Source of the DNA: an uncultured Acidobacteriaceae bacterium
Lineage (GTDB): Bacteria; Acidobacteriota; Terriglobia; Terriglobales; Acidobacteriaceae
Length of the DNA: 64,000 nucleotides
Assembly: GCA_963735215.1 (NCBI GenBank)
Contig: CAVTKF010000015.1
Span: forward strand, 572,294 to 636,293
Direction of reading: 5' to 3'
Part shown: positions 20,129 to 29,297 of the stretch, piece by piece
Position numbering within the stretch: position 1 is the stretch's first letter
Layout: each line of letters starts with the position of its first letter
Position numbers and translations under genes: made by a program
The notes under the pieces: generated by a model
The model's input: only the letters and a program-made list of their open reading frames with translations
What the model was told of the DNA's origin: nothing
Database searches by the model: none

Positions 20129-21319
20129 ATGGCGACCGCGAATTCAGTTTCGGATGCCCACACCTCGGCCACTCCGGTCCGAGCGGATTTGCTGGTCTTT
20201 GTCGCGCCTATGGCTGCGGAGTCGCTCGAAAATCTTTTCGCCAATCTGGCGGCGGTGTTTCCGCCAGAAGACCTGGTGATCGCAACTCCGAATGACACCT
20301 CGGGGACCGCTTATCCCGCCTTGCGTGTGGTGTCTACGCAAGCTACCGATGCGGTATGGCCTCTCGCAGCATCTGACTTTGTGAATGCAGCGAATGCCGC
20401 CAAAGCAAATGAGGCACGCGCGGTTTTGATGCTAGGCCCTGGCGCGGAGTCTCTGAGCACTTCAGCAATTCGCGACCTGGCTGGCGCCGTATCCGATTCC
20501 ACATTTGACCTGGCGGCTCCGCACTACTCGATTCCGCCGAACGCCGGGTTGGTGAACTCCGCCATTCTCTACCCGTTGACCCGCGCACTATTCGGTTCAC
20601 GAACACGGTTTCCACTGTCGATCGACATGGCATTCTCTGCCCGCATGGCCGATCGGCTGGCGAACACCGCGCAGCGCTTTGTCAATTTGAACCAGTCGGA
20701 CGCCATCCTCTGGCCTGTGAGCGAAGCGGCGGTTGCCGGCCTAAGTGTGGATGAGATCGACGTAGGCACTCGCATTTTGCCGCAACCTGCTGAACCAAAC
20801 GTCAATACGATTCTCACCCTGGTTACGGGATCTCTGTTTGCCGACATTGAGGCGAAGGCGGCTTTCTGGCAGCGCCCTCGCCGTCTTCCACCGGAGCAGC
20901 GCATCTTCCCTTCGATCCATGGAATCGAAGGGGATGTTGATATCGTGCCCATGGTCGAAGCGTTTCGCCTGGCATTTTCAAACTTGCAGGAGATCTGGTC
21001 TCTCGTGCTGGCCCCGAATTCTCTGCTGGGGTTGAAGCGGCTTTCTGTGGTTGAACCCTCTGCATTTCGTATGCCGGAGAATCTCTGGGCCCGCATTGTG
21101 TTTGATTTTCTGGTGGCCTACAGGCTTCGTACTCTGAATCGTGGACATCTGCTGGGCGCGCTGATTCCACTCTATCTCGCGTGGGTTGCGGGACATATCA
21201 ATGTCGTGAAATCTGGCACCAGTTCCGAGGTTCACGTGGAGGCAGGGGCCGCTGCATTTGAATCAGACAAGCAGTACATCGTCTCGCGCTGGCGTTGGCC
21301 AGACAGATTTAACTCATGA
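20129..21319 (+). CDS. uncharacterised protein, GT-A (GT2-like) glycosyltransferase-like, no obvious DXD motif
   Basis: 396 aa, 75 nt downstream of treS-mak. From memory, 'DLAAPHYSIPPNAGLVNSAILYPLTRALFGSRTRFPLSIDMAFS' and 'LWARIVFDFLVAYRLRT...LLGALIPLYLAWVAGHI' resemble glucosylglycerate-synthase-type GT-A proteins. The expected DXD position reads 'LMLGPGAES'. Confidence 0.6.
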   Translation: MATANSVSDAHTSATPVRADLLVFVAPMAAESLENLFANLAAVFPPEDLVIATPNDTSGTAYPALRVVSTQATDAVWPLAASDFVNAANAAKANEARAVLMLGPGAESLSTSAIRDLAGAVSDSTFDLAAPHYSIPPNAGLVNSAILYPLTRALFGSRTRFPLSIDMAFSARMADRLANTAQRFVNLNQSDAILWPVSEAAVAGLSVDEIDVGTRILPQPAEPNVNTILTLVTGSLFADIEAKAAFWQRPRRLPPEQRIFPSIHGIEGDVDIVPMVEAFRLAFSNLQEIWSLVLAPNSLLGLKRLSVVEPSAFRMPENLWARIVFDFLVAYRLRTLNRGHLLGALIPLYLAWVAGHINVVKSGTSSEVHVEAGAAAFESDKQYIVSRWRWPDRFNS

Positions 21320-21389
21320 TGCTCAGTTTGAGAGAGAACTCGTTCGATTCAGCGATGACCCGGTTTGAGTAGTTCAAGGAGTGAGTCCG

Positions 21390-22217
21390 ATGCATCGATT
21401 CCTCGCAACAATGCTCCAGACGATTCAAGACCCGAATTCTTCGCCTCCTCCCGTGATGACGGATAGCGGAACGATTTGGCACCACATGTCTGACGCGCTT
21501 CAGCAGTCCGTGTATCGCGTGCTGTCGCTGTTCATCGCAGTCCTGCCGGGCATCCTGGCGGTATTCGTCGCATTGACTCTGTTCACGTTAATCGGGATAG
21601 GGCTGTCCACGCTTCTACGAAAGGGGCTCACGTTGCTCAAGTTCGACGAGCGACTGAATCGCACCAGTTCGGAGTGGGCCCCTTCGAGCTCTCCAACAGC
21701 CCTGATCGCCCGTGTCGCATTCTGGGGCTGCGTTCTGCTTGGATTGATCATTGGAGTGTCGGCATTCGACGCATCCTACGCAACGGGCGCGCCCTTGCCG
21801 GTTTCCATGCTGCCCTACCTGACGCACATGGTCGGAGCCATCCTGCTGCTCATCGCTGGCACCTTAATCGCACGGTTCCTGGCACGTTCCGTGCTTATCG
21901 GGGCGGTGAACGCCCAACTACAATATGCGAGGTTTCTCTCACTGGGTGTGAAATGGCTGGTGCTGGTGCTTACCGCTGCAATGGTGCTCGATCACCTTCA
22001 GGTCGGCGGGAACGTAGTTGAACTTGCATTCGGGATTTTGTTTGGCGGCATCGTGCTGACGCTCGCGCTGGCGGTAGGTCTTGGATCGCGCGACCTGGTC
22101 AGTCGATCGCTTGAGGGCCGCGTGGACCGATCGAACGAACGGGCGCACGGGTCACAGACGGAAGCTGAACCCGCGCCGGTGGAGCCTATACGGCACGAGA
22201 CAATTCGGCACTTCTAG
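21390..22217 (+). CDS. multi-pass membrane protein with 'conserved TM helix'-type repeats (as in MscS-related channel N-terminal regions)
   Basis: Hydrophobic segments 'VLSLFIAVLPGILAVFVALTLFTLIGIGL', 'ARVAFWGCVLLGLIIGV', 'MVGAILLLIAGTLIARFLA', 'LSLGVKWLVLVLTAAMVL', 'LAFGILFGGIVLTLALAVGLG'. ATG 21390 has AAGGAG 8 nt upstream; GTG 21381 is the listed alternative. The stop overlaps the stop of convergent treZ. Confidence 0.7.
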   Translation: MHRFLATMLQTIQDPNSSPPPVMTDSGTIWHHMSDALQQSVYRVLSLFIAVLPGILAVFVALTLFTLIGIGLSTLLRKGLTLLKFDERLNRTSSEWAPSSSPTALIARVAFWGCVLLGLIIGVSAFDASYATGAPLPVSMLPYLTHMVGAILLLIAGTLIARFLARSVLIGAVNAQLQYARFLSLGVKWLVLVLTAAMVLDHLQVGGNVVELAFGILFGGIVLTLALAVGLGSRDLVSRSLEGRVDRSNERAHGSQTEAEPAPVEPIRHETIRHF

Positions 22218-23962
22218 AATTCTGCGTTGGTTCGAAGGACTGCGACGGAATCAGCTGGCAGGATGATGCTGCCGCGTTCGACGGCGATGTTCGATCGAGA
22301 TGCAAGAACCAGTTTGGCATCAAGCCCGGTCTGTATCGACCGGGGAATCGAGTCCAGATTGCAAGCCACAACGATTGATCCGCGAGTCATGCAGAGCCAT
22401 TTCTGCTCTTCGCTAAAGGTGACTTTTGTATTTCCAGGTTCTCCGTCGTTCAAGGAGGGCGTCGAATGCCTTAGCTGAATTAGCTTCCGGTACCAGGCGA
22501 GCATTTCGGCATGAGACGGTTTTGGAAGTTCGTCCCAATGCAATTTCGAGCGCTCGAACGTATCGCCACTTTCAGGGTCGGGGATGGCCGCAGTATCCCA
22601 GCCGAAGGCCACGAACTCGCGCCTCCGCCCTTCTGAAACCCGGCGAGCCAGTTCGCTGTCGGCGTGATCGGCGAAGTATTGGAACGGCGACGTCGCCGCC
22701 CATTCTTCGCCTTGAAACAGCATTGGAATGAAGGGGCCAAGCAGTACCAGCGCTGCGGCAATCTTCGCGCGATCGATTCCCGCAATTTGTGCAATTCTGT
22801 CACCGACGGCTCTGTTGCCGACCTGATCGTGATTCTGGATGAAGCCTAAAAAACGATGCTGGGTGAGACCTCCTACTGGGCGGCCGTGGATTCGTTTGCG
22901 ATACCAGGAAAAAATCCCGTCGTAGACGAAAGTCTTCTCGAGTGCTTTGGCGAGTTGAGCAAGTGTTCCGAAATCCCGGTAATAGCCGGTGGGAGTTTTC
23001 CGGTCGAGAACAGCAAAGAGTGCATGGTGAAAATCATCACTCCACTGTGCGTCGATACCGAAACCACCGCAATCGCGTGGGGTCACGATGCGCGGATCGT
23101 TCAGATCGCTCTCCGCGATTAAGAGCAGGCTACGGCCAAGCGTTGCACCGAGAGTTTCCACTCCCATTGCCAGTTGTTCGAGAAAGTGGATCGCAGAGCG
23201 ATCCACGAAAGAATGCACTGCATCGATGCGCAATCCATCAATATGGAAATCGCGCAACCACATTTGCGCGTTGTCACAGAAGAATCGACGCACCTCATAT
23301 GAGCCTGCCTCTTCAAGGTTTACGGCGCCTCCCCAGGGTGTTTTATGGGCATCCGTGAGATACGGACCGAACTTTCCGGTGTAATTCCCGGATGGACCGA
23401 AGTGGTTGTAGACAACATCGAGCAACACCGCGATGCCAAGGCTATGAGCAGCATTGACGAATCGCTTCAATCCATCGGGCCCGCCATACGGTTCGTGTAC
23501 GGCAAAAAGAGCCACGCCGTCGTAGCCCCATCCATGATTGCCATCGAAGGCCGCCACGGGCATCAGTTCTACATGGGTGACGCCGAGATCGCGAAGATAT
23601 TCAAGCTTTGCGATCGCGGAATCAAATGTACCCTCTTGCGTGAATGTTCCCAGATGGAGCTCGTAGATAACAGCACTCGATAAGGGTCTAGCCTGAAAGC
23701 CCTGATCAGTCCAGCGAAAAGCATTCTGGTCGTAGACACGGGAAAGAGCATGAACGCCATTCGGCTGCCACTGGGACCTGGGGTCGGGCTTGGGGTTACG
23801 ATCCTCGCCGATCAGGAAACCGTAGTCTGTACCAGGGCCAGCGGAATCGACATCAACGCTCCACCAAGCGTTATCATCTGGCCCAGACATGGGGTATGGC
23901 CTGTCGTCGGCTTGCACAGAAATGGAATGCGGGAGCGGCGCCCAAACCTTGAATTCATGCAT
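22214..23962 (-). CDS. treZ: malto-oligosyltrehalose trehalohydrolase
   Basis: 582 aa. 'FKVWAPLPHSISV...' N-domain and GH13 core 'GIAVLLDVVYNHFGPSGNY', 'DGLRIDAVHSF', 'LLIAESDLNDPR', 'IQNHDQVGNR'. Starts 3 nt after the treY stop. Confidence 0.9.
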   Translation of the reverse strand: MHEFKVWAPLPHSISVQADDRPYPMSGPDDNAWWSVDVDSAGPGTDYGFLIGEDRNPKPDPRSQWQPNGVHALSRVYDQNAFRWTDQGFQARPLSSAVIYELHLGTFTQEGTFDSAIAKLEYLRDLGVTHVELMPVAAFDGNHGWGYDGVALFAVHEPYGGPDGLKRFVNAAHSLGIAVLLDVVYNHFGPSGNYTGKFGPYLTDAHKTPWGGAVNLEEAGSYEVRRFFCDNAQMWLRDFHIDGLRIDAVHSFVDRSAIHFLEQLAMGVETLGATLGRSLLLIAESDLNDPRIVTPRDCGGFGIDAQWSDDFHHALFAVLDRKTPTGYYRDFGTLAQLAKALEKTFVYDGIFSWYRKRIHGRPVGGLTQHRFLGFIQNHDQVGNRAVGDRIAQIAGIDRAKIAAALVLLGPFIPMLFQGEEWAATSPFQYFADHADSELARRVSEGRRREFVAFGWDTAAIPDPESGDTFERSKLHWDELPKPSHAEMLAWYRKLIQLRHSTPSLNDGEPGNTKVTFSEEQKWLCMTRGSIVVACNLDSIPRSIQTGLDAKLVLASRSNIAVERGSIILPADSVAVLRTNAEF

Positions 23963-23965
23963 CGC

Positions 23966-26620
23966 TCAGCTCTCTTCCTTGACCAGCAGTGCCACGGGAA
24001 AGAGGCGCAGGAGATTCTGCATGGAAACGCGCCCACCGTCCAATATCTCATCGGTGAGCAAGTTTTTCCAGCGCCCCCCGGGCAGGTCAACCATCGTGTT
24101 CGACCATCTCCCGCCAAGCTTTAAATTCCATCTTGGAACAATTGTTGCGAGACTTCCAGCTCGCAGATAACCCATGGCGTGATCCGTCTTTCTTCCCTCA
24201 ATCGTAAGCGGAGTGAAGTCTGCACCTGCTCCAAACAACTCCGGCCGACGCCGCCGAAGATGGAGCGCGCAGTAGAGCAACCAGAGCTTCGGCATGCCGC
24301 TATCCATTCCCTTCAGAATCTCTTCGACCGCCATACCTGATTCCAGTTCTGACAGCAGCGATTGCCTTGCCCCATAATCGATTGGCCCGCGATTATCGGG
24401 ATCCACAAGATGAAGATCCCACATTTCGCTCCCTTGATAGGTGTCCGGAACTCCCGGAGCGGTACATTTCAGCAGGGTTTGTGCGAGACTGTTCACTCTT
24501 CCGGGGGCGATGATGCGGGTCACGAATTCGTCGAGTGATGCCATGAACTCCGAGTTGCCATAAAGGCGCTCGATGAAGGTCTTGAGAGCATCTTCAAATT
24601 CCTTGTTTTGCTGTGTCCAGCTTGTTTGCTGCTTGGCTTCGCGTACTGCCTTCAGCATGTAGGTGGACAGTCTGTCGAAGTCAATTGGCCATGCGCCGAT
24701 CATTGTCTGGTATAGAAAGTATTCCGTATTGCGATCGGGTTGACTTTGTGTTTTGAAGGGAGCATTCAGGCGCGACCAACGCTTCAGAGATGCCTTCCAT
24801 CGGCCCGGCTCCTCCGTCATGACCGCGAGCCGTGCGCGCACATCGTCGGACCGCTTGGTGTCGTGGGTTGAGAGCGTGGTCATGGTGAGGGGATGAGTGG
24901 CCTGCATCTTCTCGCAGTAATCGAGAAATTCCGAGGTGGCAACGCCATTACAATCCGGCGCATTGCCAACTTCGTTTAACCCGATCATGCGGTTGAAGCA
25001 ATAGAAGGCTGTGTCTTCTACGCCTTTTGCCATCACGGGTGAAGTGAACTGCTGGAACCGGTGGACAAATTCGGTTTCGAGCGGCCCTTGGGAACGCAAG
25101 AGCAGCACGTCCGCGATGAAGTCAAGCAGGCCGGCGTCGAGGTCGGGTCTTTGGCTCTTGGCTCTTTCCACGGCACTTGCGACTTCGCTGCGATCCTCGT
25201 CCGCGATCTCATCCCGTTCCGGCACGACGTAGGTTCTATAGACAGCGAAGCAGGAGGCAACTTCGCGGATGGCACGCCTGATTTCTGCTCGCGTGAAATC
25301 ACGGCGATCGCGGTTGTTTTCGCAGATTTCGACGAAGAGACTGGCGAGGCGGTTCACATCGCTGCCCAGCGCTTCCTGTTCGACGTTGAGCTTTTTGTCG
25401 TGGGCAATGGGGATGAAATCGGTCGGCTGTTGGGTGAACTCTTTGTATATCTGCGTCAGCTCTTTTAAGCCATCCGGTTGCATCAGCCAGTCATTGCACA
25501 CATTCAGGAAGTCGTAGCCGCTGGTGCCGTCGATGGGCCAATTTTCGCGAAGGAACTCTCCTGGCTCGAGTATCTTTTCGCCAATGATCCAGGCATCAGG
25601 AGACCGTTGCCGCAAACGCGTGAAGTATTGAAGTGGATCGCGCAGACCGTCAGGATGATCAACGCGAACTCCATCGAGAACGCCCTCGCGAAGCCAATCG
25701 AGGATGCGCCGATGTGTCGCATCGAAAACGTGTGGCCGCTCAACGCGCAAGCCAACTAGAGTGTTCACATCGAAGAATCGGCGATAGCCAAGTTCCTGGT
25801 CGGCAACACGCCAGTAAGCCAGTCGGTAGTGTTGCAGGTTCAGCAGCTGATCCAGAGAGTCATGATCCGCATTCAGCTCGCGAACGGCTTTGTCGATTGC
25901 CTGAAGCGTCTCAGGTTGCTCTTCACAGAACCGTTGCAGGAGGCCGTAGATGACCACCTTGTCGCGGTGTCGCGAATTGATCCCCTCAACGTCCGTCGGA
26001 TCCGGCACCGGCAAGCGGGACAAGCTGTCAGAGAGAAAGCTAAGGGTCGGACTGTTCGCGAATCGAGCCGCTCGATTAAGAATGACAGGCAAAGAACGTG
26101 GGGCGAGAGGGTAGATATTCTCGACGTATCGGACACATAAGGAACCGTGATCGCGATCGACCTGAATCTGGCCCGCAGCCAGCACGCGGCCATACTGGTC
26201 GCCCAGGACAGGTATCAGAACCTTGTTCTGAAGTTTGACTTCCGATGAGTGCCAGTCGATGTCGAACCACGTGGCAAAACGGCTCGACGGTCCATTCTCG
26301 AGAACATCCCACCAGTTCTGGTTGCCGGCGCCGGTCGCCATGTGATTCGGTACGATATCGAGCACCTGGCCAAGCCCGAGTTCTGCGAGACGTGCACAAA
26401 ATCGCTGATGGCCCTCCTCGCCACCTAGTTCTTCATTCACACGCTGATGGTCGACGACATCGTAACCGTGCATGCTACCCGGAGCCGCTTGTAGATACGG
26501 CGAACAATAGATGTGCGAAACACCCAGCTCCTTCAAGTAAGGAGCAACCTTCGCTGCGTCGTCGAATGTAAAATTCGCGTGCAACTGGAGCCGGTATGTC
26601 GAGGTGGGAACGCGCGGCAT
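23966..26620 (-). CDS. treY: malto-oligosyltrehalose synthase
   Basis: 884 aa. 'PTSTYRLQLHANFTFDDAAKVAPYLKELGVSHIYCSPYLQAAPGSMHGYDVVDH...LDIVPNHMA...DGVRVDHPDGL' is the characteristic TreY N-terminal GH13 signature. Confidence 0.9.
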   Translation of the reverse strand: MPRVPTSTYRLQLHANFTFDDAAKVAPYLKELGVSHIYCSPYLQAAPGSMHGYDVVDHQRVNEELGGEEGHQRFCARLAELGLGQVLDIVPNHMATGAGNQNWWDVLENGPSSRFATWFDIDWHSSEVKLQNKVLIPVLGDQYGRVLAAGQIQVDRDHGSLCVRYVENIYPLAPRSLPVILNRAARFANSPTLSFLSDSLSRLPVPDPTDVEGINSRHRDKVVIYGLLQRFCEEQPETLQAIDKAVRELNADHDSLDQLLNLQHYRLAYWRVADQELGYRRFFDVNTLVGLRVERPHVFDATHRRILDWLREGVLDGVRVDHPDGLRDPLQYFTRLRQRSPDAWIIGEKILEPGEFLRENWPIDGTSGYDFLNVCNDWLMQPDGLKELTQIYKEFTQQPTDFIPIAHDKKLNVEQEALGSDVNRLASLFVEICENNRDRRDFTRAEIRRAIREVASCFAVYRTYVVPERDEIADEDRSEVASAVERAKSQRPDLDAGLLDFIADVLLLRSQGPLETEFVHRFQQFTSPVMAKGVEDTAFYCFNRMIGLNEVGNAPDCNGVATSEFLDYCEKMQATHPLTMTTLSTHDTKRSDDVRARLAVMTEEPGRWKASLKRWSRLNAPFKTQSQPDRNTEYFLYQTMIGAWPIDFDRLSTYMLKAVREAKQQTSWTQQNKEFEDALKTFIERLYGNSEFMASLDEFVTRIIAPGRVNSLAQTLLKCTAPGVPDTYQGSEMWDLHLVDPDNRGPIDYGARQSLLSELESGMAVEEILKGMDSGMPKLWLLYCALHLRRRRPELFGAGADFTPLTIEGRKTDHAMGYLRAGSLATIVPRWNLKLGGRWSNTMVDLPGGRWKNLLTDEILDGGRVSMQNLLRLFPVALLVKEES

Positions 26621-26734
26621 ATCTGGTGTTGCACCAAGTTGGCCTGGGATGGGAGGAGCTATAACTCAGCCGTAACGCAGTTGGATGCAGACCGCATCCC
26701 AGGAGGATGCATCTCTCATTCGTTTCCCACATCT

Positions 26735-27979
26735 TCAGGTCAGCAGAGCGGCCAGGATCGCAAAGAATAGTGAAATCGGCATGATGATCATTCCAACTCT
26801 GAAGAACTGCCAGCCGCTTATCTCGAGCCCCTCGCGTCGGATGGCGGTGAGCCAGAGAATCGTGGCAATCGAGCCCGTGATGGAAAGGTTTGGGCCGAGA
26901 TCAATTGCGATCAGGACCACTCTTGCGAAAATCGGCTGAAGGGGAACCGTGCGCAAGGTCGCTCCTGTGATTAGTCCGAGAGGGAGATTGTTGACGAGGT
27001 TTGTGCCAAAGGCCAACGCAATTCCAAGCGCGAATGCCGCTTGAGCAGACGGCAGGTGCAGAAGTCTCTCGAATGCATTCTGAAGCAGGCGCATGGCTCC
27101 GGCGTTCTTCACTGCTTCAACAATGACAAACAGAGCGGCAACGAGCGGAAGCACGCTCCAGCTGATCTCCCGCACCAGGCGGATCGGATTGGACCTGCTT
27201 CGGATCACCACGATTGTTGTAACTGCGATGGAGGCCAAACACGTCGGCAATCCAAGATCCATCTTCAAGGCCGAGGCGACGAGCAATACAGCCGCGACCG
27301 CAAGGATTCCGAACAGGCTGATCTTTCCCATGCCGGAAAGATATACATCCGACGTCGAGCCATTGCAGGACGCAGACAGACCTTTGCGGCTGTGCCAGCG
27401 AAGCAGCACGTAGGTGATCACGATGGCTGCCAGTGAGGGGGCGCTAAACATGGCGAGCCATTGAATCAAGGGCGGCATGGCCGAATTGAAGACAACCAAA
27501 TTTGCGGGATTGGAGATGGGAAGAACAAAGCTGGCCGCATTTGCGATGAGCGCGCAGGAAAGAAGGTACGGCAGTGGCTGAGCCTTGGCGCGCTTGACTG
27601 CCGTCAGGACCGCCGGAGTGAGCACAACAGCGGTAGCATCATTCGACATGAAGATTGTGACCAATGTGCCGACCGCGTAAATCAAGGTGAATAAGCGGGC
27701 CGAAGATCCGTTCGCCAGTCTGACTGCAATATTCGCCATCCAGGCGAACACGCCCTGATCTTTGGCGAGCTCAGCGAGAAGCATCATGCCGGTGAGGAAC
27801 AGATACACATCTAGTCCTTCAGCAACAGCCTTGCCCGCAAGGGTTAGCGGTATGAGCCGTAAAATGCAAAGCAAAATAGCGCCGCCTGAGGCCCAAACCG
27901 CCTCGGGCATTTTGAATGGCCGAAACAGCATCAGGACAATGGTCAATATCGAAATGGTCCATATGAGGAAATGCGCCAT
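26735..27979 (-). CDS. ArsB/NhaD-superfamily permease (arsenical-pump/citrate-transporter-like)
   Basis: About 10-12 TM segments. The N-terminal pattern 'FLIWTISILTIVLMLFRPFKMPEAVWASGGAILLCIL...LDVYLFLTGMMLLAELAKDQGVFAWMA' is typical of ArsB-like pumps. Start could be 27979 (MAHFLIW) or 28027 (listed ORF). Ends 114 nt upstream of treY on the same strand. Confidence 0.8.
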   Translation of the reverse strand: MAHFLIWTISILTIVLMLFRPFKMPEAVWASGGAILLCILRLIPLTLAGKAVAEGLDVYLFLTGMMLLAELAKDQGVFAWMANIAVRLANGSSARLFTLIYAVGTLVTIFMSNDATAVVLTPAVLTAVKRAKAQPLPYLLSCALIANAASFVLPISNPANLVVFNSAMPPLIQWLAMFSAPSLAAIVITYVLLRWHSRKGLSASCNGSTSDVYLSGMGKISLFGILAVAAVLLVASALKMDLGLPTCLASIAVTTIVVIRSRSNPIRLVREISWSVLPLVAALFVIVEAVKNAGAMRLLQNAFERLLHLPSAQAAFALGIALAFGTNLVNNLPLGLITGATLRTVPLQPIFARVVLIAIDLGPNLSITGSIATILWLTAIRREGLEISGWQFFRVGMIIMPISLFFAILAALLT

Positions 27980-28173
27980 TATCGCTTCGGTCTGCCCCCG
28001 CATGCGTGAATTCCGAAACTCGAACATGGCAACGCTTTTTGGGGGCCCTCAATTCCCCAGAGATGGGGCGGCAAGGGCTCGCTGAGGTTTTGCAAAGTAC
28101 AGACCTCCAGAATGGATAGCGCTCTGGGTTTGATGCGCAACAAGGTGCTACCCAAAACATTTTCGCATCAAGC

Positions 28174-29250
28174 TCAAGAACCGACCTGGAAGAGTAGATC
28201 GTCCTCCGGCTCTGCAATGGGATCGCAGAAGTTCGAGAGACCGACGCCGACGAGGCGGAATTTCTGCTTCGGATCCATTCGTACTTTTTCTCGAAGCGCA
28301 AGAGCGATGTTGGTGAGTTCGTCGCACGAAGAAACAGGTGAGCCGGGCGTACGGCTTCGCGTGAGGATACTGAACTCCGCAGTTTTGAGCTTGAGCACGA
28401 TCGTTCTCGCGATTCTTGATTCCTTGCGCGAGGCCTGCCACACCTTCTCCGCTAGGCGACGAATCATGGCTTCGGTTTCGTTCAATAGGACATCGGATTC
28501 AAACGTGTCCTCAGCGGAGATCGACTGGGTTGGCCGGTTCGGTTCGACAGGGTTGTTGTCGATTCCGCGCGCCAACTCATATAGACGGATGCCGTAGCGC
28601 CCAAATCGCTCCTGCAGAACAGCAGCGTCGAGACTTCGAATGTCTCCGACTGTCTTCGCTCCGAGTTGAATAAGTCTTTGCGCCGTCACCTTGCCGACCC
28701 CGGGCAATCGCTCAACAGCAAGCGGAGTGAGAAAGTCAATCACCTTGTCTGGCTTAATCACAAACAAGCCATCCGGCTTCTTCCAGTCTGAAGCGATCTT
28801 CGCCAGGAACTTGTTCGGCGCAACCCCGGCAGAAGCGGTGAGATTCAGTTCGTGTCGGATTTGCTCACGAATCGTGCGGGCAACCTGCGTTGCGCTGGGA
28901 AGTCCGGTCTTGTTCTCCGTGACATCAAGATAGGCCTCGTCCAGTGAGAGCGGCTCGACGAGGTCGGTATGGCGCAGAAAAATCTCTCGCACATTTCTTG
29001 AGACTGCGCGGTAGCGAGGAAAATCCGGTGGGAGAAAGATGGCGTGCGGACATAAACGTTCGGCCTGAATCGCGGGCATTGCGGATCGGACGCCGAATTT
29101 TCTCGCTTCGTATGAAGCAGCGCAAACCACGGAGCGCTTTCCGCGCCAGGCCACGACGACAGGCACGCCCCGTAGCTTCGGATCATCCCGCTGCTCGACC
29201 GATGCATAAAACGCATCCATGTCCACGTGAATGATCTTGCGAGCGTCCAT
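28174..29250 (-). CDS. dinB: DNA polymerase IV (Y-family translesion polymerase)
   Basis: 'RKIIHVDMDAFYASVEQRDDPKLRGVPVVVAW...SVVCAASYEARKFGVRSAMP...SLDEAYLDVT...SAGVAPNKFLAKIASD'. Start taken at 'MDARKIIHVD' (29250); the listed ORF extends to 29286. Confidence 0.9.
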   Translation of the reverse strand: MDARKIIHVDMDAFYASVEQRDDPKLRGVPVVVAWRGKRSVVCAASYEARKFGVRSAMPAIQAERLCPHAIFLPPDFPRYRAVSRNVREIFLRHTDLVEPLSLDEAYLDVTENKTGLPSATQVARTIREQIRHELNLTASAGVAPNKFLAKIASDWKKPDGLFVIKPDKVIDFLTPLAVERLPGVGKVTAQRLIQLGAKTVGDIRSLDAAVLQERFGRYGIRLYELARGIDNNPVEPNRPTQSISAEDTFESDVLLNETEAMIRRLAEKVWQASRKESRIARTIVLKLKTAEFSILTRSRTPGSPVSSCDELTNIALALREKVRMDPKQKFRLVGVGLSNFCDPIAEPEDDLLFQVGS

Positions 29251-29297
29251 CTGACTATTGCGACCTGGATAGGTTAGAGAACGCAAGCGGCAATTGG

